Positions 20,601 to 26,608 of a stretch of DNA of 64,000 bases are shown in pieces. The translations under genes were made by a program, and so were the position numbers. The DNA is from Phycisphaerae bacterium (GTDB taxonomy: Bacteria; Planctomycetota; Phycisphaerae; UBA1845). Every line of letters begins with the position of its first letter. Within the stretch, counting starts at the first letter, position 1. The DNA lies in assembly GCA_963666835.2 (NCBI GenBank), contig CAXXGO010000003.1:512001-576000 (forward strand). Direction: 5' to 3'. The notes under the pieces are model-generated. The model worked only from the letters and a program-made list of their open reading frames with translations, had not been told where the DNA came from and ran no database searches.

Positions 20601-21956
20601 TCCGAATACGCGTTGGCCTCCCCGGCCATAGCTTCCGCCGACGGGCTCAGTGCTGCGGATGAAGCGTTCGTCAATCCGGTTCCGGAAGAATCGGGCGGGA
20701 TCGCGGCGGCGAGCACGCTGACGATCGATTACTCGGTCGGCGTAGCGGACGGCAGTTTGATCGTCGGGGAGAACGACGTGCTCTCGCTGGCGTTGTCGTC
20801 GCTGGCCTACCCGCCGAAGGACCAGGCTTGCACCAGTTGCCACCCGATGGCGGTGGTCGCGGGGATGGTATGGTTCGACGATCGGGACGTACACTATGCC
20901 AAGTTCAACAACCTCAACGACGAGGATCCTGAGAACGACATTCCCGCCAACGAGAGCCGAGTCTGTACGGAGTGTCACGAGGGCGAACTGGACCACAACG
21001 TGGGCAAGGGTAACGCCTTCAATCTCCAGTTCCGTGACGAGTTGGACTATGCGAACGATTTCCGGTCATGCCGCGAGTGCCACCTTTCGGACAGCCCGGT
21101 GCGTCACGAAGACGCTCCGGAAGTCCCCGGTGATTTGAACATTCACGCGGTGCCGCCGTACGAGGTCCTCGCCTGCCAGGCGTGCCACGTGCCTTACGCT
21201 TTGACCGCCGGTCTGCTCTTCAGAGACAGTACCGTTCCCGGCAGCGTCGGCTGGACCCACCAGTATTACTCGGAAGATCCGCTGAATCCGGCGGCGGTGG
21301 ACGGCGACAGTCGCTGGTATCCGCCGTTTATGCTCAAGAAGGACAGCGATGGAGTCGAGCGTTGGTTCCCGGCCAGTGTCTGGATCATGCACTACTTCGG
21401 TGATTGGGACACTAACGGTACCCCGGGCGACTACACCGACGACACCGTCACTCCGCTGTATACCTGGCGAGTGGCTCAGGCCATTGCCAACGCCGCCACC
21501 GATCCGTGGCTGGCGGTAACCGACGCGGACGGTGACGGGCGCAACGAGATCAACACGCCCGAGGAGATTCTGACGTTCATCCAGGCCCTCAAGGGTAACG
21601 ACGACAACGGCGTGCAGGTCGCGGCCAACCCGGTGCTGGTCCGCGGTAAGCGGTTCTTCTATCAGGACCCGGCCGACTCGCACAATGTGCTGTCCCTCAA
21701 TTACGTCGGCAAGGGCATCGCCATGGAGGAATGGTACCCGTACATCTGGGGCATGGACCACAACGTGCTGGCCAAGGAAGAGTCGTGGGGCTACGGATCG
21801 CTTCCGGAGCGGAGTTGCAACGACTGCCACCGGGCTCTGACCCACGATTCCCCGGTCTTCGCTCGTAAGATCCTGGTCGACCCGTGCGACGAGAACGGTC
21901 AAGCCGTCTACGAGACCATGACCGACTTCACCGGCCTGGACCCGGACAACCCCTAG
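17616..21956 (+). CDS. Secreted 16-heme c-type cytochrome (tandem duplicated octaheme unit) with N-terminal dockerin/EF-hand-like domain
   Basis: Signal peptide; DFDVNGYVDLTDF and DADRDGDVDFADF; unit 1 has CGDCH, CSGCH, CLLCH, CVSCH, CSECH, CRDCH, CQACH, CLDCH; unit 2 has CGGCH, CSGCH, CLLCH, CTSCH, CTECH, CRECH, CQACH, CNDCH. Confidence 0.93.
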   Translation: MLRFCAKYVVLMSLVAIGTPVATGTPAVDDQWDFDVNGYVDLTDFRFFEECFAVSGVRDEIPPVCLALFDADRDGDVDFADFAGFQNARGHTPIPLKDSLGSAITINSSVPYSPRQTCGDCHDHDADEVANGEWFQQGRTDLAGNVDMADDYYGDGRYWIKSAGRYGKWGQSFQFMLAAKDNHRASDIDQSAYAWVRDCSGCHSGGGPGEFDRDNQPFYDEASGQFGYELLGYSAGDVTLDGDYCVLDRTSGTVSPAPWDETGLSEPDCLLCHRADRTNGGSDTIQANRSNTLAAGNSLTDGGGAPVPAFAAASTAGQGWYSSFSKPASAIAATEGMTTADVAFLEAHDQSRGGIAAASTLDINYNTGVTDGSLTVGNNDEVFLSPDSVSLKTADRACVSCHPLAVVAGEVWFDDRDIHYRKFNNLNDEDPDNDIPAERSTVCSECHPTGLDHNAAKGNSFQLQYRNELDWENFRSCRDCHLTDSPVRHPDAPHVPGTQTIHNVPPFDILSCQACHIPYALTAGLLFRDITVPGSVGWTHQYYSENPLDPTLEDSDSRWYPPLQLKEDSDGVKRWFPASVWIMFYFGDWDDNGTPGDLSDDVIAPIYTWRTAQATANVPAGVLQDDDGDGRGEINTPAEILAYLTALRGNDSNGVPFAANPVLVRGPRVFYEDPANPGTVLSFEHEGTGIPMTSYPYIWGMDHNVLPQEEAWGHAADPFAGCLDCHPADGELSPVFDRLILVDPLDEHGQTIYKTVKELTDLNPHPQMVLKDSLGNPITVDSTVPYSPRQTCGGCHDHEADEVANGEWFQQGRTDVDGNVDMADDYYGDGRYWTKSSGRYGQWGQTFQFMLAAKDNTRPSDIDQSTFAWIRDCSGCHAGGGPGEFDRDDQLLYNEITGEFGYELLGKSAGDVALDGDYCVVDGSTGQASLAPWDETGLSEPDCLLCHREDRDNGGSDTIQAKRSNTLAAANNLVNGAGEPVPGFAAAPTAGQGWYSEYALASPAIASADGLSAADEAFVNPVPEESGGIAAASTLTIDYSVGVADGSLIVGENDVLSLALSSLAYPPKDQACTSCHPMAVVAGMVWFDDRDVHYAKFNNLNDEDPENDIPANESRVCTECHEGELDHNVGKGNAFNLQFRDELDYANDFRSCRECHLSDSPVRHEDAPEVPGDLNIHAVPPYEVLACQACHVPYALTAGLLFRDSTVPGSVGWTHQYYSEDPLNPAAVDGDSRWYPPFMLKKDSDGVERWFPASVWIMHYFGDWDTNGTPGDYTDDTVTPLYTWRVAQAIANAATDPWLAVTDADGDGRNEINTPEEILTFIQALKGNDDNGVQVAANPVLVRGKRFFYQDPADSHNVLSLNYVGKGIAMEEWYPYIWGMDHNVLAKEESWGYGSLPERSCNDCHRALTHDSPVFARKILVDPCDENGQAVYETMTDFTGLDPDNP
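17901..21944 (+). repeat. Intragenic tandem duplication, about 2.0 kb units (17901-19907 and 19923-21944)
   Basis: Both units start LKDSLG..IT..S.VPYSPRQTCG; offset 2022 nt; long identical DNA stretches such as gtagccaacggcgagtggttccagcaagg and ttcccggcagcgtcggctggacccaccagtattactc. Confidence 0.95.
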
Positions 21957-21973
21957 ACTTCGGCCGTCGTTCC

Positions 21974-22002
21974 CCGGCGCGGGGCCCCTCGCCCCGCGCC
22001 GG
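21974..22002. terminator. Perfect 12-bp GC hairpin just after the cytochrome stop codon
   Basis: CCGGCGCGGGGC-CCCTC-GCCCCGCGCCGG; no T-tract, so it may be a stabilising hairpin or REP-like element. Confidence 0.45.
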
Positions 22003-22105
22003 TAACGAGGCCCGACACCAACAGCACAACCCCAAACCCGTACAACCCGCGTACCGGTTGCCATGGTCCACGCTGGCGTGGCCATGCCGCCCAGGCGGCA
22101 GCCCG

Positions 22106-22193
22106 GTAGGGCACGGTCGAGGCACGAGACCTGCCACAACGATGCACGTCGCGCAAGGACCACGGCAGGTCTCGTTCCTCGACCATGCCCTAC
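22106..22193. repeat. GTAG-type REP inverted doublet (REPIN-like)
   Basis: GTAGGGCACGGTCGAGGCACGAGACCTGCC (22106-22135) and inverted copy at 22164-22193 (2 mismatches); a third direct copy lies at 22425-22453. Confidence 0.8.
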
Positions 22194-22373
22194 ACCTGCC
22201 GCGTGGCTCGCGGAACCAGCCCGCCAGGGCGGCAGGTCTGCCTAGCCCGCGGCTTACGCCGCGGGGCTGGAGGACCTACCGCCCCAAGGGACTTGATGCC
22301 ACCCTGCGATCTCCCAACTACGCCGACATCGACAAGCAAGCCGGTCCGCGGAGCGGCCCCTACCTGCTACGCG

Positions 22374-23771
22374 TCAAGCCCCACGGGTCAACAAGTTGAC
22401 CCGTGACACCCAGGTGTCATCCCGGTAGGGCACGGTCGAGGTACGAGACCTGCGTCGCGCAGGAACAATCCCGCCGTCTCGAATCGTCCCCAACGGCGCA
22501 ATCCGCCGGTTCTGTCCGTTCGAATCCCATTCAATCGTCCCGCCGACACCGGACCACGGACTCAATCCTCGAACGCTATCGCGAATCGCTTCACGATCGA
22601 GACCCGCGCGGCGGATCGCCGCGATGGTCAGAGTCATTGCGTCGTATGACAGCACGGCCGTGTAGTCCGGGGCAGCACCGAACCGGTCTCGAAACCGCTG
22701 TACGAAAGACGCCGCCTCGGCACCGGCGCCCGCTCCGTCCCACAACATCGGAAACACCAGGCCCCCGGCGGACTCCCCGGCCAGGCTGATGAAAAGCCGA
22801 TGCCCCATGCGCGGTCCGCCATAGACCGGCATCGAGAATCCGGCTTGGCGAAGAGTGATCAGGAACCGGGCCGCGTCTTCCGGGCCGGCGATTACTACGA
22901 GACCCTCCCAATCACGCCGCTTCGGGTAGCACAGGCTTCCAGCCTGCCCCTCTGCGCCCCCTTGACACGGGAGCAGGCTCTCAAACGACCTTGCCGAAGG
23001 CGGCACCGGTTCGGCATCCGGCGTCTGCTGCCCGATCGTCCCGCCATCGAACCCCGCGGCCGGGTCCGCTGACCCGTGAGCTTCTGCACCTCCAATACGA
23101 AGAGCCTCAAGCTGCGTACGAAAACCCGCAACCCCCGGCCTGAATTTCACATGACGAACCGGAAAGACCTTGCGATCCTGCAAAGCGGCAAGCAGCTCCG
23201 CCGTGAAGATCCGCGAGTCGTGATCGGTACAGGAAACTACGGCGACGCGGTCCGTATCATGCACAATGGCCTCGGCCAGAGCCTGTGCCAGAACATCGTC
23301 GCTGGGGGCACATGAAAACACCCACGGCACGTTGGCCAGGTTGGCGGTAGGATCAGTCGCCACCGGGCTGACGAAGGTAAGACGTGCCTTGGCCACGACC
23401 TGCTCGACCAGATGTGCCGAGGGCCCATCGGGCGCCCCGACTATGGCCCAGACCCCCTCGTCGTATGCCATCCGGGTGACCCCCACTATCCCCGAGCCCC
23501 ACGGATTCTGCGACCAGGAAGGCACAAGCCGAAACGGACGCCCTGCGAACCCCCCGCCCGCGTTAGCTTCCTCAACAGCCAGCTCGGCCGCGCCCCACAT
23601 CCCCCCTGCCAACGGGTGGTCCGCATCCGCCGGACCGTACCACCCGATCCGCACTTCGGAGTCTGCGGCCGGCCCGGCTCGCCCGGACGAGTCATCGCCG
23701 GCGCCCCCCGCCAGGAGTATTAAGACCGGCAAAGTCGCCCGCCCGTACCGGGATAGGCTCACAAAACGCAC
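22374..23771 (-). CDS. LivJ/LivK-like periplasmic binding protein (type I fold) with an insertion of about 59 aa
   Basis: VRIGWYGP, AAELAVEEANAGGG, VWAIVG, NVPWVFSCAPSD, FRDRFGAAPDYTAVLSYDA, GVGGTIEWDSNG. Confidence 0.85.
   Translation of the reverse strand: MRFVSLSRYGRATLPVLILLAGGAGDDSSGRAGPAADSEVRIGWYGPADADHPLAGGMWGAAELAVEEANAGGGFAGRPFRLVPSWSQNPWGSGIVGVTRMAYDEGVWAIVGAPDGPSAHLVEQVVAKARLTFVSPVATDPTANLANVPWVFSCAPSDDVLAQALAEAIVHDTDRVAVVSCTDHDSRIFTAELLAALQDRKVFPVRHVKFRPGVAGFRTQLEALRIGGAEAHGSADPAAGFDGGTIGQQTPDAEPVPPSARSFESLLPCQGGAEGQAGSLCYPKRRDWEGLVVIAGPEDAARFLITLRQAGFSMPVYGGPRMGHRLFISLAGESAGGLVFPMLWDGAGAGAEAASFVQRFRDRFGAAPDYTAVLSYDAMTLTIAAIRRAGLDREAIRDSVRGLSPWSGVGGTIEWDSNGQNRRIAPLGTIRDGGIVPARRRSRTSTVPYRDDTWVSRVNLLTRGA
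22382..22453. repeat. Palindromic REP-like elements overlapping the 3' end of the upstream CDS
   Basis: Perfect inverted repeat CACGGGTCAAC-AA-GTTGACCCGTG (22382-22405) plus a GTAGGGCACGGTCGAGG copy (22425-22453). Confidence 0.7.
22926..22947 (+). repeat. GTAG-type REP inside a coding region
   Basis: GTAGCACAGGCTTCCAGCCTGC; near-identical intergenic copy GTAACGCAGGCTTCCAGCCTGC at 51046-51067. Confidence 0.7.
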
Positions 23772-23787
23772 GGGCCGGCCCCTTCTT

Positions 23788-25293
23788 CTAACGGTCCGCC
23801 GCGACTGTCTTACGATTCACCCGGTCGCGGGGGTGAATAACACCTTGAGGAACCAGCCAATCCTCGCGGGAGTAGTATTGATAGGCTCCGTTTTCTACTC
23901 TGGCGAAGAAAACCTCCCCCGCGTCATCGAGGCAAGCGCTGAGCGGAATCTCCCCCGTGACTCCGACAAACGGTGCCGGCCGGTGGGCGATGACATCCCT
24001 GATCTTGGCCCGGTTCAGCCCAGCCGTCTGTACCGCCCAGATCAGCATATTCATGCCATCGTAGCCGTGGGCGGCGTAAGTGTCGGCGTCGGCGCCGAAG
24101 CGTTCCCGGAACTTGCGGTGGAACTCCGCAAGTAGCGGATCGTCACGCTGCGGATCCCACGGGTAGCCCCCGATCACGCCTTCCGCATTCGCCCCGGCCA
24201 GTCTGATGAACTCCTGGGATACGCACCGATCACACACGAAGAACGGCTGGTTCATCCCGCGCACCCGCATCTCGTTGAGAATATATGCCCCATCCTCGGC
24301 ATCGCCCCAATGGACGATCGCTTCGAGATTACTGTTATCAAGGCGATCCAACTGCAGGGTGTAATCGCCGCCCCCCACCTGATAGGCCATCTCGAGCACG
24401 ATGGGTTGCCCGAGTCGGCGGGCGCCGTCGCGAATCTCGCGCACGCCGAACCGCCCATACCGATTGCTCGCCCGGATGATCCCAACCCGGCGAAGCCCCA
24501 GCTTGCGGTAAATATAGTCCACCAGCATGTATCCCATTCGCCGGTCATCGCCGATGCATCGGATGACCCACGGAATGTTCGTTTCGATAAACGTCGGATC
24601 GGTATCCCCGCTGTTGACCATGACAACTTCAGCCTTCAATGCCACTCGAATGGCAATATGACTGTTGGCTCCGTCGATCGTGCCGAGAATGGCCCAGACC
24701 CCATCCCGGTAGGCCATCTTGACAATCTCGTTACCCGACGCCCCCCACAACCCGTTGTCGTTCGAGATCACCAGCTCGAACGGAATGTCACGTTTGCGGT
24801 ATCCGCCGGACTCGTTGGCCTGCTCAATCGCCAGCCGCGCCCCGCGGAGCATGGCAATCCCGAGAATCTCTTCATGGCTCTTGCCTCCCGTCGCCACGGA
24901 AACCGTCGACATGATCGGCCCGATGAAGCCGATTTTTACGGTATCCACGTCATCCGGCTCGGGGATCGCCCGGCCCGGCCCCGTATACTCCATCTGCTCG
25001 AGAAAATGCTCCTTGAACGGGGTGACATGTCGGAAGGGTTCCACATCGACGGACGATCCGCCGTAGTTGTTGTCCTTCTGAAGTTCGAGCTTCGGCACTT
25101 CGTAAGGTCCGACGTCGATGACCTCCAGAAGTTTCTCTATGCCGGCGTCCGGCGATTCACTTATATCACCGGTTGTTTTCGCCACCCCGGCGTTATCGCC
25201 TTCAGACGCAGAATCCGCGAAAGCTGAAGCCGCACTCATCAAGACCGACCCGATTCCGATGACGGCCCACACTGCCATTCTATTGGTGTTCAT
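23788..25293 (-). CDS. LivJ/LivK-like periplasmic binding protein with N-terminal extension
   Basis: Signal peptide; VKIGFIGP, GARLAIEQANESGG, VWAILG, YAAHGYDG, FVGVTGEI; ATGA overlap with the upstream gene. Confidence 0.88.
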   Translation of the reverse strand: MNTNRMAVWAVIGIGSVLMSAASAFADSASEGDNAGVAKTTGDISESPDAGIEKLLEVIDVGPYEVPKLELQKDNNYGGSSVDVEPFRHVTPFKEHFLEQMEYTGPGRAIPEPDDVDTVKIGFIGPIMSTVSVATGGKSHEEILGIAMLRGARLAIEQANESGGYRKRDIPFELVISNDNGLWGASGNEIVKMAYRDGVWAILGTIDGANSHIAIRVALKAEVVMVNSGDTDPTFIETNIPWVIRCIGDDRRMGYMLVDYIYRKLGLRRVGIIRASNRYGRFGVREIRDGARRLGQPIVLEMAYQVGGGDYTLQLDRLDNSNLEAIVHWGDAEDGAYILNEMRVRGMNQPFFVCDRCVSQEFIRLAGANAEGVIGGYPWDPQRDDPLLAEFHRKFRERFGADADTYAAHGYDGMNMLIWAVQTAGLNRAKIRDVIAHRPAPFVGVTGEIPLSACLDDAGEVFFARVENGAYQYYSREDWLVPQGVIHPRDRVNRKTVAADR

Positions 25294-26540
25294 GATCCAT
25301 GACTCCCCTCGCCCGATGAGGGCTTCTCTCGGTCGATGTGATTAGTGGCTCGCAGCCGCGGGTAGTAGCCCCGCCCTATCGCGTGCCCCAGTCCTTTGGA
25401 AGTGCCGAGCCAGGCGTCGTCGCCATCGAACTCAGCCCAGAGTACATAGTTGTGCGGCAGACTCATGCCGGTATCAACCTCGGCCAGCACTTCGGTACCG
25501 CGCTGAATGACCGCCTTCCCCCGGTGGTTGATCTGATCGCATGTATAGGTCACCCACGTGTCACTTTCGAAGTCAGCCACGACCCCGAGCCCTTTATCGG
25601 TGCAGAACCACGCCTCGTAGGCGGATCGCCCCTTGACGGCGTTGTTGAAGTCGCTGGGAAGCCCGCACTCGTGGGCGAAGTACCCGCGCCAGTGCCGCCC
25701 ATCGTACCGGCAGGCCCCGAAGTACGTGGTCACCCAGAGGATCTTCTCAACGTAGCTCACTCCCGTGGTGATTACGTGAACAACCCCGTCGTCGCGGTAC
25801 AGGTCGATCTCCATCTCACCATCCGGATCGAGATAATCCTTCCAGGTTCCCCGCTCAATGTCATATTCCAGCACCCCACTGCCCCAGATCCCCAGATAGA
25901 CCAACCCGTCCGCGTAGCAGCATCCGTAGTTCCAGATCTCTTCCATCGGAGCGTTTTTCTCGGTGAAGATCGACCATTCCCCGGTGACCGTGTTGTACCG
26001 GCTGGCCCCGGCCGTAGTAGCCGCCCAGATGTTGTCGTGCTCCACCGCAACGCCGTAGATCACATCATTAACCACCCCGCTGTTGAGCTGATGCCAGTGG
26101 TCGAAACGCCCCCCGCTAAAGCGGGCCAGCCCGCCCCCGAACATGCCGATCCAGACCTCTCCGGTACCGGGATGCACGTCAATTGCCGAGACGACCCGCC
26201 AGGGCAGCCCGTCCTCCTCGGTCCAGCTCTGTATCCTGCGGGTCTTCTTGTTGAGGCAGGCCAGCCCCCCTTCCGTACCGATCCACACCCGGTCGCCATC
26301 GACCTTAACAGCAAAAACGTGGTCGTTGGGCAGGCCGTCCTTCGTTGAGAACCGCTCCCACTCCGTGTACACGAACGGCAGGCCGAGCGCGTCCGCGGTT
26401 CCTCCCACAGCGGCGGCAGCGGCGGCCACCGGCCTCGCTTCCCCAGGCTCATCGGAATCTCCGCGCGCAGACGACACCGCAAGAAGTGCCACACAAACGC
26501 CCAATGCTCTGCTTCGGGTATGCTTAAACGAACTAATCAT
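25290..26540 (-). CDS. Secreted beta-propeller protein (two-component-regulator propeller-like repeats)
   Basis: Signal peptide; repeats DGLPNDHVFAV..WIGTEGGLA, DGLPWRVVSAI..WIGMFGGGLA, GLPSDF, SLPHNYV..WLGTSKGL. Confidence 0.8.
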   Translation of the reverse strand: MISSFKHTRSRALGVCVALLAVSSARGDSDEPGEARPVAAAAAAVGGTADALGLPFVYTEWERFSTKDGLPNDHVFAVKVDGDRVWIGTEGGLACLNKKTRRIQSWTEEDGLPWRVVSAIDVHPGTGEVWIGMFGGGLARFSGGRFDHWHQLNSGVVNDVIYGVAVEHDNIWAATTAGASRYNTVTGEWSIFTEKNAPMEEIWNYGCCYADGLVYLGIWGSGVLEYDIERGTWKDYLDPDGEMEIDLYRDDGVVHVITTGVSYVEKILWVTTYFGACRYDGRHWRGYFAHECGLPSDFNNAVKGRSAYEAWFCTDKGLGVVADFESDTWVTYTCDQINHRGKAVIQRGTEVLAEVDTGMSLPHNYVLWAEFDGDDAWLGTSKGLGHAIGRGYYPRLRATNHIDREKPSSGEGSHGS

Positions 26541-26608
26541 CTTACTGCCCTCCGGTTACTGCCGAGGCCGTTACCAAAAAGCGTGCTACGTTTCTTCTTC
26601 CCGAACCG

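Noticed and set aside
17811..20996. 1061-aa minus-strand ORF
   Set aside because: Antisense shadow of the 16-heme cytochrome gene; V/A/G/R-rich with no motifs, typical of high-GC codon bias
22106..22453. 30-nt repeats considered as a CRISPR array
   Set aside because: Only three copies, one inverted, irregular spacing, GTAG ends and no cas genes; fits REP elements
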